The translations under genes were made by a program, and so were the position numbers. This document shows positions 52,393-61,132 of a stretch of 64,000 nt of DNA, piece after piece; position 1 is the stretch's first letter; every line of letters starts with the position of its first letter. Source of the DNA: a virus. The stretch spans positions 13,120 through 77,119 of the IMG/VR virus record IMGVR_UViG_3300024051_000003, one strand, 5' to 3'. The notes beneath the pieces were generated by a model. That model worked only from the letters and a program-made list of their open reading frames with translations, searched no databases and was not told the DNA's origin.

Positions 52393-52872
52393 ATGAACGA
52401 TGTATTCATTAAGAACCATCGCTTAACTTTGGAGTTTGTTGGCGATCGCCTCGTTCTCAACTTTTGGTGCGTTGGGCATCAAGAATGCTGGGCTCAGAGA
52501 TTATGGAACGAGAAGGGGTTTGATGCCCTGAAGGGGGAGGATGCTGTAATCTTCTCCGATCTGTTCGGTATTCATGAGAAGAACCTTGGGGTGGGCCTTC
52601 GCTTGGATCGCAAGGGCGCCGATTCGCATGTTCTTGCAGGCCACCTTAGCCGCAGGTTCGTTGGCCGTAAGGTCGTTGCGGATGGAAATGTTGGGGTGCT
52701 TGAGGGTGTATCGCATGATGGCGACGGTTCTATCTTGACTATCCGTGGAGAGGATGGCCAGGCCATGATGATCCCTTTATGGCTCGACTCTTTTGTGACT
52801 GTTGTTGGGGGGTCTTACTGGGATGTTCGATGTGGCGGCGATTGCGACCATGACGAAGGCGTCCAGATTTGA
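52393..52872 (+). CDS. hypothetical protein
   Basis: 159-aa ORF. Confidence 0.55.
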   Translation: MNDVFIKNHRLTLEFVGDRLVLNFWCVGHQECWAQRLWNEKGFDALKGEDAVIFSDLFGIHEKNLGVGLRLDRKGADSHVLAGHLSRRFVGRKVVADGNVGVLEGVSHDGDGSILTIRGEDGQAMMIPLWLDSFVTVVGGSYWDVRCGGDCDHDEGVQI

Positions 52873-52937
52873 CCCAAAGCAGAGCGCCAGGAACTTGAAA
52901 CCAGAACCCCAGGAGCCGGAAAGGAGTGGAACTGAAC

Positions 52938-53204
52938 ATGAATGCAAGGACGTACCGCAAGAAACCAGTCGAGATCGAGGCGATCGTTTTCGCGTCGCCG
53001 TGGAAGATCGTGCAGGAGTTTGCGCCTGAGATCCGACTCATTAAGCAATCGGGAGGGTGCGGGATCGCGTTCGGAATCATCCCTACGCCTGAAGGCGACA
53101 TTCGCGCTAACATCGGGGACATGCTCATTCGCGGCGTGGACGGCGTACTCTACCCATGCAATCCTGACGTGTTCGAGCAAATGTATGAGGAAGTAACCAA
53201 ATGA
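52938..53204 (+). CDS. conserved phage hypothetical protein (YRKKPVEIEA type)
   Basis: 'YRKKPVEIEA...TPEG...GDMLIRGVDG.LYPC.PDVFEQ.YE'. Confidence 0.75.
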   Translation: MNARTYRKKPVEIEAIVFASPWKIVQEFAPEIRLIKQSGGCGIAFGIIPTPEGDIRANIGDMLIRGVDGVLYPCNPDVFEQMYEEVTK

Positions 53205-53347
53205 CAGCCCGACCAGCCTACTGCTGCGGGCGGTGTCCAGAACTGTTGCGTGGGGGCCACGACTGCACATGCCTGTATAGCCCCAGGTGTCCAAAATATG
53301 TCCACAACCAAATCCTCCGGTTGTGGAGGAAGGTAACTGGAAGATGA
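53201..53347 (+). CDS. small Cys-rich protein
   Basis: MTARPAYCCGRCPELLRGGHDCTCLYSPRCP...; ATGA overlap. Confidence 0.45.
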   Translation: MTARPAYCCGRCPELLRGGHDCTCLYSPRCPKYVHNQILRLWRKVTGR

Positions 53348-53356
53348 GCATTCGCC

Positions 53357-53388
53357 AAGGCCCCCTGTTCTTGCAGGGGGCCTTTTTG
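53357..53388 (+). terminator. terminator
   Basis: aaggccccctg/cagggggcctt plus ttt. Confidence 0.8.
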
Positions 53389-53428
53389 GTCGATTTCCCG
53401 GGTAATTGTTCGTCTTTGGAGGTGTGTA

Positions 53429-53689
53429 GTGATTGCAGTTGCTTCGGGCGCCGTCGTCCAAGTTTCCGGGAGTGGTTCCACGCTGATTCGCAACGCTGGC
53501 CCGGGTGATGTGTTGCTGTCTTCTGGCCGGGTGATGGGGCAGGCCAACGGTGATGCAGGGTTCCTGCTGCAGGCCGGTTCGTCTGTTGTTGTGTCGGGTC
53601 GCATGTTTGCTAAGGGCGGCTCAGCGAGCTCTGATGTGTATGTCTTGCCGGGCGGGTCTGGGTATTCTGTAGGCTCCGGGGTCGATTGA
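53429..53689 (+). CDS. Gly/Ser/Val-rich small protein
   Basis: RBS ggaggtg. Confidence 0.45.
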   Translation: MIAVASGAVVQVSGSGSTLIRNAGPGDVLLSSGRVMGQANGDAGFLLQAGSSVVVSGRMFAKGGSASSDVYVLPGGSGYSVGSGVD

Positions 53690-53728
53690 GCGGGTAGGCG
53701 TTAATCGCCTTTGTTAGAGGAGGTAGTC

Positions 53729-53914
53729 ATGGCAGCTCCGACGCTTGTCAAGGGTGTAGACAATGAGCTCTACATCATCAAGGAAGATGGCGCTTGGGAA
53801 CGGTATTACGGCATTGATGCTTCGCAGGTCACTGATGTGGCTGTGGAGATTGGTGGCGAGTCTAAGACTGTTGCCGAGTGGCTTGAGGATTTGAATGATC
53901 GCATCGCTGATTAG
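53729..53914 (+). CDS. small acidic protein
   Basis: RBS gaggaggt. Confidence 0.55.
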   Translation: MAAPTLVKGVDNELYIIKEDGAWERYYGIDASQVTDVAVEIGGESKTVAEWLEDLNDRIAD

Positions 53915-53923
53915 CGTGCGTGC

Positions 53924-53960
53924 GAAAGGCCCCTCACCGTCATGGCGGGGGGCCTTTCTT
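53924..53960. terminator. bidirectional terminator
   Basis: gaaaggcccc...ggggcctttc between convergent genes. Confidence 0.8.
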
Positions 53961-53983
53961 GTCTGATGGGGTTAAGCATCAGT

Positions 53984-54274
53984 TCACACTGTAGCATCCA
54001 GGTGCTCTTGTTTGTGTGGTTGTCGTGTTGGCGGAGGAGCGTATGAGGGGTCCGCTATGACCATGAGCGTTAGGGATACCCCCATGACTTCGCTCCAGGC
54101 TGTTAGATCAGCATATGTGAGGTTTACGAGGCCTTGTTCTGCTTTTTCCCAGTGTCCGGCTTTTGAGCCGGTTCGTGCGTCGAGTGTTTCCAGGGTTATC
54201 CAGGATTTTTCTCGGACGTCACGCATGATTGCGTTGAAGTCTAGGAGGTTCCTGCGGGTTTCTTTACTTCCCAT
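53984..54274 (-). CDS. XRE-family HTH protein
   Basis: 'MRDVREKSWITLETLDARTG....HWEKAEQG...LT'. Confidence 0.7.
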   Translation of the reverse strand: MGSKETRRNLLDFNAIMRDVREKSWITLETLDARTGSKAGHWEKAEQGLVNLTYADLTAWSEVMGVSLTLMVIADPSYAPPPTRQPHKQEHLDATV

Positions 54275-54647
54275 TGTTGTCCTTGAATGGGTTTATCTTG
54301 CTGATTTCTTTACTGTAGAACTGGAGGCTCGCCCATAGCCTGATTCCTGCTAGGCTGGATACTGTTGCTATAACGCTCCCAAGTAGGGCGTTGTGTGCGA
54401 TGGCTGCCGCAAATGCCCCACAAATAATGGCGACGAGTGTTGCTGCTTCTGATGTGCGGACGCGTCGGGTTTCTTTGGCGAGGGAGTTTGCGTGCAGGAT
54501 GGCTTTCATTCCTGCGGCTTCTAGGCAGGCTCCGTGGCCTTGGTAGAGGATTACTCCGCTTTCGGTGAGTCCGCTGAGTTGTTGGATTTGGTAGTTCTCT
54601 AGTTGTTCTTTTGTCATGGGCTGTTGGCAGATGCTACAAAGGTTCAT
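54264..54647 (-). CDS. membrane protein with an N-terminal Cys motif
   Basis: CSIC..HGAC; two hydrophobic segments. Confidence 0.55.
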   Translation of the reverse strand: MNLCSICQQPMTKEQLENYQIQQLSGLTESGVILYQGHGACLEAAGMKAILHANSLAKETRRVRTSEAATLVAIICGAFAAAIAHNALLGSVIATVSSLAGIRLWASLQFYSKEISKINPFKDNNGK

Positions 54648-55567
54648 TGTGCGTCTTTCTTGGTTCGGAATGCTGGGTTGTTGTAGTCGGGCATGTCTCC
54701 TGTTGTTTCGAGGAGTACGCGTAGTGATTTCCAGCCGTTGTAGGCTCTGTGAATGCCTTGTGCGGCGATGCAGTAGTGTTCGAAGGGGCTTGGGTGTGGG
54801 GCTTCGAGGAGGCGCTGGTAGAGGTTTCCCGTTGATGGTCCTCGTTTGAGGTAGGACACTCGTGCAGCGGATGTGACGGATTCTTGTGGGTCGTCACTGT
54901 ATGGCGCGTGTGTTTGGCCCCATTGGAGCTCTTGTGGGGTGTTGTTTGCTAGGGCGAGTTCGATGCCGTGGGCGACGCTGGCGATGCCGTTTTGGGCGCC
55001 GTGGTTGAGGTTGGCTCGCTGTTGAATGAGGGATCCCCATTCGGTTGCTGTTGCGATGATGCGGGTGAGCATGAATGGTTCGAGGTAGCGGTTTGCTGTT
55101 TCTTTGGCGAATAGTTTGTCTAGGTCTTTGAGTTCTTCTAGTGCCGCTTGCCGTTCCTCGTCTGTCCCGAATACGATGTTGTACGCTCGTTCTTCAGCGC
55201 CGGATAGTGTGACGTTGTATGCGTTGAGGATTGTCTGTTGGATGGCGAGGTACAGGCTCAGGTTCATGACGATTTCTACGTTCCTGTCTGTGGATGGCAC
55301 GTAGTCCTCGGGGGCCATGCCTTTTCCGGCTCTGCCGACAATGCTGGGGATGTAGGGGTTTTCCGCGACTTGGCGGATGAGCTCGTGCGTGGGGATGGCT
55401 CGTGACGAGGCGCTGTTGCGTCGGATCATGGAGTGTGTGTTGAACTGGGCTACGAGCGTTTTGGGTAGTTCTAGTTCGAATGTTGTGATGCGGCTGCCGT
55501 CTGGGTTGATGCTGTCTTTGATGATGGTGACGGCGTTGACGAGTCGTTCGTCGTATTGTGCTTCCAT
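54644..55567 (-). CDS. thyX: flavin-dependent thymidylate synthase
   Basis: 'ITTFEL', 'FNTHSMIRRNSASSRAIP', 'NRYLEPF', 'AARVSY', 'HPSPFEH'. Confidence 0.85.
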   Translation of the reverse strand: MEAQYDERLVNAVTIIKDSINPDGSRITTFELELPKTLVAQFNTHSMIRRNSASSRAIPTHELIRQVAENPYIPSIVGRAGKGMAPEDYVPSTDRNVEIVMNLSLYLAIQQTILNAYNVTLSGAEERAYNIVFGTDEERQAALEELKDLDKLFAKETANRYLEPFMLTRIIATATEWGSLIQQRANLNHGAQNGIASVAHGIELALANNTPQELQWGQTHAPYSDDPQESVTSAARVSYLKRGPSTGNLYQRLLEAPHPSPFEHYCIAAQGIHRAYNGWKSLRVLLETTGDMPDYNNPAFRTKKDAQ

Positions 55568-55577
55568 TGGTTTCTCC

Positions 55578-55748
55578 TTATTTCTGGTTTGATAGGCGGT
55601 CTAGGGCGTGCCCGAGAAGGGGCATGGAGCGCCGCACAATGTCCTTTTGTGCTTCGTGGTATGCAGGAGCCCTGCCGGGTATGCTCCAGGCCGCTAGAAC
55701 GGCCTCTGCTGGGTCCAGATCATCGTATAGCCTTGGGCGGCTGCTCAC
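55578..55748 (-). CDS. small hypothetical protein
   Basis: 'AWSIPGRAPAYHEAQKDIVRRSMPLL'. Confidence 0.45.
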   Translation of the reverse strand: MSSRPRLYDDLDPAEAVLAAWSIPGRAPAYHEAQKDIVRRSMPLLGHALDRLSNQK

Positions 55749-56076
55749 TGGTTTGGTTCGCGGCTCCCGGTATCTTGATTTTGATGTCATGGATGTCGTT
55801 TTGTGTTCCGTCTTCTTTGACCATGGGTACATGGATTTCCCTCCCTGTGATGTGGTATTCGATTCCGGCGCGCGCGAGTGTTTTCACGGCCTGTGTGAAC
55901 AGTCTGTGATGCTCTGACAGCCATGACAGTTTGGACGCAGCGTTCGGGTGGTCAAACCAGATGACCGCTTCGCCGGGTAGCGTTTTTATCCTGTGGCCCG
56001 CCCTGAAAGCTTGCCCCAGGTGGTCGTATGCTGGCACCCCGGATAGGAGTAGGAGCATGGAGAATTTTACTGACAT
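55720..56076 (-). CDS. hypothetical protein
   Basis: 118-aa ORF. Confidence 0.45.
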   Translation of the reverse strand: MSVKFSMLLLLSGVPAYDHLGQAFRAGHRIKTLPGEAVIWFDHPNAASKLSWLSEHHRLFTQAVKTLARAGIEYHITGREIHVPMVKEDGTQNDIHDIKIKIPGAANQTSEQPPKAIR

Positions 56077-56123
56077 GGTTTCATGTGATCATGGCTGCCA
56101 TTCGATGGGTCTACTTCTCATCT

Positions 56124-56139
56124 TCAAATGACCGTTTGA
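56124..56139. promoter_or_regulatory. most symmetric copy of the recurrent motif, between divergent genes
   Basis: tcaaatgaccgtttga. Confidence 0.6.
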
Positions 56140-56175
56140 AACCGTTCCCGGGTTGGCGTGTGCTTGAATGTCTTC

Positions 56176-56556
56176 ATGACTGATTTTATGGAGCGGGCTC
56201 GTGAGGTTGCTGGGCTTGCAGAGTGCAAGAAACGCTCTGTTGGTGCCGTTGTTGTATGGCAGGGTGAGGAGATGGGGATTGGGTACAACGGGTATGAGGG
56301 AATCTCTTCTCCGGGGTGCCTTGAGGGCGGGTGTCTTCGCGGAGAAAATGGCGGCTCTAAAGAGTTCCCTTGCATCGCTTTGCACGCCGAGGAGCGGGCT
56401 GTCATCAAGTCTGGTTTGGCAGCCTGCTCTGGGGCGGACCTGTACGTCACTCACCGCCCTTGCGAGAACTGCCAGCGGTTCTGTTTTGCGGCGGGGATCT
56501 CTCAGATTTTCTGGTGTGACCTCGATGGACGTGTTAGAGTTATCTCGTCGTTGTAA
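56176..56556 (+). CDS. dCMP deaminase
   Basis: 'VGAVVV', 'GYNG', 'HAEERA', 'LYVTHRPCENC'. Confidence 0.9.
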   Translation: MTDFMERAREVAGLAECKKRSVGAVVVWQGEEMGIGYNGYEGISSPGCLEGGCLRGENGGSKEFPCIALHAEERAVIKSGLAACSGADLYVTHRPCENCQRFCFAAGISQIFWCDLDGRVRVISSL

Positions 56557-56663
56557 TGGGCACGGCTTGACAGGCTAAGCGCTTCTGATCTTTCGGCGTA
56601 AAGTGCTCCCACAATGGTGGCTTTTCCTTAGGTGCCGCCAGGAGTAACTGTCTGGTAGGCCAC

Positions 56664-56710
56664 GAAGACCCCCACCTCCTTGCGCGGATAGGTGGGGGTC
56701 TTCTTTTATT
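56664..56710. terminator. terminator between convergent genes
   Basis: gaagacccccacct/aggtgggggtcttc plus tttt. Confidence 0.75.
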
Positions 56711-57323
56711 TTGACCAGATGGTCGCTCGTGTTTTTTCACCTATGAGCCTGAGGTCATCAATACTCAGGTAGATGCTTTTGGTGGTGATTGCCAGCATGG
56801 GATACTCGGTGGTGGGGCATAGGATTGCTCCTGTCATGTCTCTAACATCTTCCGAAGTGATATAGAACTTGGATGTGCTGATCTTGACTCTTCCTGGTGT
56901 TACGCCACCCCGTTGAGCGACGAGCCGGGCCAGCAGGCCTGCCCGAACAAGTTGCGCCGGGGCGTACATCAAGTCGAGTTCGGATCGGTAGATCGTGAGT
57001 TTGAACGTTCCTTCCCGATCATGGTCCGGCCCTATGGAGATGGAGTCGTGTCCGATCCGCATTACGTGGCGCTGGTGCTTCTTATACACGCCGTGCAGTT
57101 CCTCGCTGATTCCCATGAACTGGTCTTCCAGTAGAGTCACTTCTGCGATGTCCCGGAACGGTACGAGCATGCTGCGCACGATAGGGAAGTCTCCTGCATA
57201 TATGTCGTGAACAATGTCGCCGCACACGACCGCAGGCAGCGTGATCACCCCTTCTCCAAACCTTGTTGGCCCAAGATTTCCGCGCTCTAAGACTTCTTCA
57301 ACTACTTCTTCAAATGTTGCCAT
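56706..57323 (-). CDS. degenerate thymidylate synthase (ThyA)-fold protein
   Basis: 'VVEEVLERG..GPTRFG', 'ELHGVY', 'LTIYRSELDLMYAPAQLVRAGLLARLVAQRGGVTPG' are collinear with ThyA, but the PCH and RSxD motifs are absent. Confidence 0.6.
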   Translation of the reverse strand: MATFEEVVEEVLERGNLGPTRFGEGVITLPAVVCGDIVHDIYAGDFPIVRSMLVPFRDIAEVTLLEDQFMGISEELHGVYKKHQRHVMRIGHDSISIGPDHDREGTFKLTIYRSELDLMYAPAQLVRAGLLARLVAQRGGVTPGRVKISTSKFYITSEDVRDMTGAILCPTTEYPMLAITTKSIYLSIDDLRLIGEKTRATIWSK

Positions 57324-57370
57324 TGCATGAGCGTCTCACTGCCTGCTTATATGGGTCCATGGCTGACGCT

Positions 57371-57386
57371 TTGAACGACCGTTTGA
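57371..57386. promoter_or_regulatory. recurrent motif copy between divergent genes (ThyA-like / sigma operon)
   Basis: ttgaacgaccgtttga. Confidence 0.55.
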
Positions 57387-57434
57387 TGTCACTTTTTCGA
57401 AGTGTTTTGCGGAGTGAGTGAGAGTGTGGGTGAC

Positions 57435-57611
57435 ATGAAGGAAGAGCCTAGGGTCATCTTTTCGGTGGGCCCGTTATATGCGGGGGTGGCGGTTGATGCG
57501 CGGCGTCTACGCCATGGCTTGGTTGAAGTGTCGCGGAAACTATATGTGGGTTGGGGGTTTCGGTTGTGGATTTTTCCTCTGAGGTTTCACCGTCGCGGGA
57601 TCGAGGCGTAA
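57435..57611 (+). CDS. small hypothetical protein
   Basis: TAATG-coupled to the sigma gene. Confidence 0.4.
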   Translation: MKEEPRVIFSVGPLYAGVAVDARRLRHGLVEVSRKLYVGWGFRLWIFPLRFHRRGIEA

Positions 57612-58357
57612 TGCTCTCGAAGGAGGAGCAGGCAGAGTTGTGGGGTCGGGTCGCGGATGGCGACCAGAGGGCCATTGTGGAGCTTGTGGAGGCATATCAG
57701 CCGTTGGCTCACGCTATCGCCCGTAAGCAGAACATTCCAGCTCATGTAGACCGTGAGGATTTAACGTCTAATGCGATGCTTGGATTGTTCCAGGCGGTCA
57801 CTCGCTTTGACCCTACGAAGTCTGACGGTAATTATGCGAGCCATTTTGCCAGCTTTGCCCGTCAGCGCATATCCGGTCAGGTCCTGGATTACATTAAGTC
57901 AAATGAGGTTACTTGGGCTCCTCGTGGCGCTTGGAAGGCAATGAAGGCCCGCCATGCTGCGGAGGAGGAGTTGGAGCAGTCGTTGGGGCATAAGCCTAAC
58001 GAGCACGAGATAGCAGCCCATATGGGTGTGAATGTTAAGGATCTCCCGCGCATTGCGATCCAGGTCCCTATGGCTCCGGCTATCTCGTCAGATGATGATG
58101 GAAAGAGCCTGGATACCTTCTCTGACTCGGAGCACGTCGGCAGCACGGTTGAGTTGGATTCGCTCGGAGATTCTCTTGCTCAGGCGATATGTAGGCTCCC
58201 TGTGGAGGATCAGGAACTCCTTTCTGTTTTCATTACTAGAAACGTCCCGGCTCTGCGTCGCCCTCCGCATGGCTACACGCAGGAGATGTTCGATGGCGCA
58301 CTGCTCTCTCTTATGCGTGAACTCAGGGTAGAGTCGATTTCGTCAGCAAGGAGGTGA
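57611..58357 (+). CDS. sigma70-family RNA polymerase sigma factor (FliA/WhiG-like), eroded region 4
   Basis: region 2 'DREDL...MLGLFQAVTRFDP...FASFARQRISGQVLDYIK', region 3 'LEQSLGHKPNEHEIAAHMGV', region 4 start 'LAQAICRLP' then no HTH. Confidence 0.85.
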   Translation: MLSKEEQAELWGRVADGDQRAIVELVEAYQPLAHAIARKQNIPAHVDREDLTSNAMLGLFQAVTRFDPTKSDGNYASHFASFARQRISGQVLDYIKSNEVTWAPRGAWKAMKARHAAEEELEQSLGHKPNEHEIAAHMGVNVKDLPRIAIQVPMAPAISSDDDGKSLDTFSDSEHVGSTVELDSLGDSLAQAICRLPVEDQELLSVFITRNVPALRRPPHGYTQEMFDGALLSLMRELRVESISSARR

Positions 58358-58362
58358 GACCT

Positions 58363-58551
58363 ATGGCACGTAAGCCACGCAAGGTGGAGACTGGAGTTCT
58401 GCATGTTTCGGACGAGGAGTTCGAGGAAAACATGGATGAACTTGAGCAGGCTGTCAAGGATGTTGGTCAGATTGAGGTGGCAGTGCGTCACGGAAACACA
58501 ATCAGGCTTGTGAAGAAATCACCGAAGGTTACCGTCGAGAAAGGTTCCTAG
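58363..58551 (+). CDS. small hypothetical protein
   Basis: RBS ggaggtg. Confidence 0.55.
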   Translation: MARKPRKVETGVLHVSDEEFEENMDELEQAVKDVGQIEVAVRHGNTIRLVKKSPKVTVEKGS

Positions 58552-58552
58552 T

Positions 58553-58753
58553 ATGGATTACGACTACATTTACGGCAAGAAGGCTGAAGCGAAGCGTCGC
58601 GATGAGATCGCGAAGGAGAGCGCCCGCGTAGAGGCCGAAGCCAAGAAGGTGGCGGAAGCAGAGGCCAAGGCTAAGGCTAAGGCAGAAGCGGAAGCGGAAG
58701 CAGAAGCCAAGAAGGCGACCGAAGCCTCTGGGGAAGTCAAGGTCAAAAAGTAG
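58553..58753 (+). CDS. Ala/Glu/Lys low-complexity small protein
   Basis: (AEAK)n-like helix. Confidence 0.55.
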   Translation: MDYDYIYGKKAEAKRRDEIAKESARVEAEAKKVAEAEAKAKAKAEAEAEAEAKKATEASGEVKVKK

Positions 58754-58773
58754 GCGGTGATCTTACATCTCAC

Positions 58774-58806
58774 AAAAACCCATCCCAGTTCGGGGTGGGT
58801 TTTTGT
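58774..58806 (+). terminator. terminator
   Basis: aaaaacccatccc/ggggtgggttttt. Confidence 0.8.
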
Positions 58807-58875
58807 GTGCCCTCGTCGATGTACGGGGTATTCAATAGGCGGGGCGCGGGAGGGTGTTGCAGCATGGAAGGGTTT

Positions 58876-59184
58876 ATGCCCAATGTTGCTGATGTGGGGG
58901 GCTGGGGCCTGTTCGTGGCCCTCGTTTTTGTCATCATTTTTGCTGTAATCAAGGGGGCACTGGTCCCCATCGCAACAGTTCGGCAGATGCAAGAAGTCTT
59001 CAATCAGGAAATAATGAGAGAGAAGGAGAGGGCTGATGGGTACCGGGAGTCCTCTGAGAACTACCGGGAGTTACTGCAGAAAGTAACTGAAGCTCAAGTT
59101 CTAGCCAGTGGTCAGCAAATCGAAACGAACACCCGAGTGCTAGAGGCCCTCCAGAAGGCAGGAGAGGACTCTGATCATGTTTAA
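58876..59184 (+). CDS. membrane protein (one TM segment plus coiled coil), lysis-cassette associated
   Basis: 'WGLFVALVFVIIFAVI' followed by a coiled coil. Confidence 0.6.
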   Translation: MPNVADVGGWGLFVALVFVIIFAVIKGALVPIATVRQMQEVFNQEIMREKERADGYRESSENYRELLQKVTEAQVLASGQQIETNTRVLEALQKAGEDSDHV

Positions 59185-59401
59185 GGCAAAGAGGAACATT
59201 CTTTCGGGGATTCGCTCGGGGCCGTCTGATGATGAGATGGTTCAAATGCGATCAATGCTGCAGGATTCTCGTGAGGCCATTGCGTCGTACGGTCCGGCGT
59301 TGAGTGCTGTGACACAGGCTTCGTTGCGTCAACGTGAGGTTGTGGAGAAGAATCATTTGGCTCCTAGTTTTGCTCGCGCTTTGGGGAGGTCCGTTCCGTG
59401 A
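59177..59401 (+). CDS. small hypothetical protein
   Basis: coupled ORF; pattern common upstream of actinophage lysins. Confidence 0.55.
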   Translation: MFKAKRNILSGIRSGPSDDEMVQMRSMLQDSREAIASYGPALSAVTQASLRQREVVEKNHLAPSFARALGRSVP

Positions 59402-59658
59402 GTTTCGGTTTCGGATGCTCGGCTACAGCGATTGTGGCGTGGACTGTTTTTCTGGTTGGATATTTTTATGCTTCTCGTGGCGCTTGGGCTTTGTCTGTGA
59501 CGGGTAATGCGATCATGTTCATGGCGTTGGCGCAGGTGATCACCTCGGCTGTCGTATTGACCGCTCCGCCTTCTATTTTGAGGACTTTTGCGGGGCTCGT
59601 GTCTCTCACTAGTGCCGTGATTTTCTTGTTGAGTTTACAGCGCAGCGAAGGCGAGTAG
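59398..59658 (+). CDS. small multi-pass membrane protein (holin-like)
   Basis: three hydrophobic segments. Confidence 0.55.
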   Translation: MSFGFGCSATAIVAWTVFLVGYFYASRGAWALSVTGNAIMFMALAQVITSAVVLTAPPSILRTFAGLVSLTSAVIFLLSLQRSEGE

Positions 59659-59716
59659 CGGGTTTTAGGTCGATCCCTCGGGGTGTTCATTCACTTCTAG
59701 GGATTGGCCTTTTCTT

Positions 59717-60682
59717 ATGACTGCAGCCATTTTGTCTCGCGCCTCGTGGGGCGCGAAGTATGGTGATGGTGACATCACCCTTAGCAACAAGGCGGATGAA
59801 CTGTTCATTCATCATGCTGCTGCTCACTTCGAGTCGCTGTCTGCGAATGAAGAGATTAAGTACATGCAGATGTTGGAGCGCACTGGGTATCAGCGTTTCG
59901 GTGTTGGCATTTCGTACAACGTGGTGGTGTTTCCTTCTGGTCGCGCTTATCGTGGCGTGTCATGGAACCGTCGTGGGACGCACACGGGTGGTCGTAATTC
60001 GACTGCTCGTTCTATTTGTTTTGCGGGGAATTTTGAGGAGCAGAAGCCTACTGAGGCTGCGCTTCGTACTGCTGGGCAGATCATTGCTGACATTTCTGGG
60101 TCGGCGTTGAAGTCTGGGTTTGCTCTTCGTAAACACCGTGATGTTAAGGCTACGGCGTGCCCCGGAAAGAATTTGGCGGCTCTTGTGCCGTCTCTTTTGA
60201 CGACGTATGCACCAGATGGCCACTCGGCCCATGTGAAGCCGTCTAAGCCTGCTTCTGCGCCTTCTGAGCCGGTGTCTAAGCCTCAGGTTGACCCTGCTAA
60301 GGCTTTGGATGTTGATGGGTCTCGTGGCCCAGCGACGATTAGTCGTTGGCAGTGGGTGATGGGTACGCCTGTTGATGGTGTGATTTCTCGCCCTCGTTCC
60401 ACTGTTATTGAGGCCGATCAGCATTTCTTGAACAAGAAGGTGTCGGCAGCGAAGATTCGCGAGTTGACGGGCAAGTCGCGCCTTGACGAGGATGCTATCG
60501 AGGGTCCAAAGACGATTCGGGTGCGCCAGTGGTACCTGTTCAACATGTATCCGCAGAGCTTTGAGAAGATCATTGGTCGCCCGCATACGACGAAGGATAT
60601 TGACGGTTCTGCGGGTCCGATCACTACGAGGATTCATCAGCATGCATTGAACGAGGCGAAGAAGGGGCAGGGTGGCTACTGA
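59717..60682 (+). CDS. endolysin: N-acetylmuramoyl-L-alanine amidase (PGRP/Amidase_2) plus C-terminal wall-binding repeats
   Basis: 'ILSRASWGA', 'LFIHH', 'ISYN', 'GTHTGG.N', 'HRDVKATACPG'; C-terminal 'LDVDG..GP.TI..WQ' repeats. Confidence 0.9.
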   Translation: MTAAILSRASWGAKYGDGDITLSNKADELFIHHAAAHFESLSANEEIKYMQMLERTGYQRFGVGISYNVVVFPSGRAYRGVSWNRRGTHTGGRNSTARSICFAGNFEEQKPTEAALRTAGQIIADISGSALKSGFALRKHRDVKATACPGKNLAALVPSLLTTYAPDGHSAHVKPSKPASAPSEPVSKPQVDPAKALDVDGSRGPATISRWQWVMGTPVDGVISRPRSTVIEADQHFLNKKVSAAKIRELTGKSRLDEDAIEGPKTIRVRQWYLFNMYPQSFEKIIGRPHTTKDIDGSAGPITTRIHQHALNEAKKGQGGY

Positions 60683-61077
60683 TGTTGGTCATGTTCACCA
60701 AGGAGGCGCTAATGCGCGCATTGTGGACGGCGCTGGCTGTGTTTTTGCCGTCCGTTTCGACTGTTGTTGCGGTTGGCGTTGCAGCGGATGTGGTGTTGCA
60801 GGTGTTGTCGGGTGTGGCACTGGCTTTTGTGTTTTCGCTATTGACGTCGCTTGCGGATCTTCCTGAGGTTTCGGGCAAAGAGTATGGGCGGTGGAAGGCT
60901 GTTGCGTTGCGTGTCCTTCGAACGTTCATTCAGTCGTTCTTGGCTTTGTGTGTTGCCGATCTTGCGTGGGGCAACTTCTCGTGGACGGTTATTGTGCAGG
61001 CCGTTGCAGCAACGTTGGTGACGTTGATTCGAACGTATCTTGCGACCCTCCCAGAGCAGGTTACGAAACCCCTCTAG
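60682..61077 (+). CDS. holin (duplicated r1t-like segments)
   Basis: 'RALWTALAVFL', 'RVLRTFIQSFLA'; four TM segments; follows the endolysin. Confidence 0.8.
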   Translation: MLVMFTKEALMRALWTALAVFLPSVSTVVAVGVAADVVLQVLSGVALAFVFSLLTSLADLPEVSGKEYGRWKAVALRVLRTFIQSFLALCVADLAWGNFSWTVIVQAVAATLVTLIRTYLATLPEQVTKPL

Positions 61078-61098
61078 GATGCACGCAAAGCCTCCTCT

Positions 61099-61132
61099 AA
61101 GGCCCTCTGCCGCATGGTAGGGGGCCTTATGT
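61099..61132 (+). terminator. terminator
   Basis: aaggccctctgcc/ggtagggggcctt. Confidence 0.65.

Noticed and set aside
54644-57323. DNA base-hypermodification pathway
   Set aside because: The ThyA-like protein lacks catalytic residues and no glycosyl-, amino- or kinase-type modifier genes were recognised; the enzymes present fit ordinary dTTP supply
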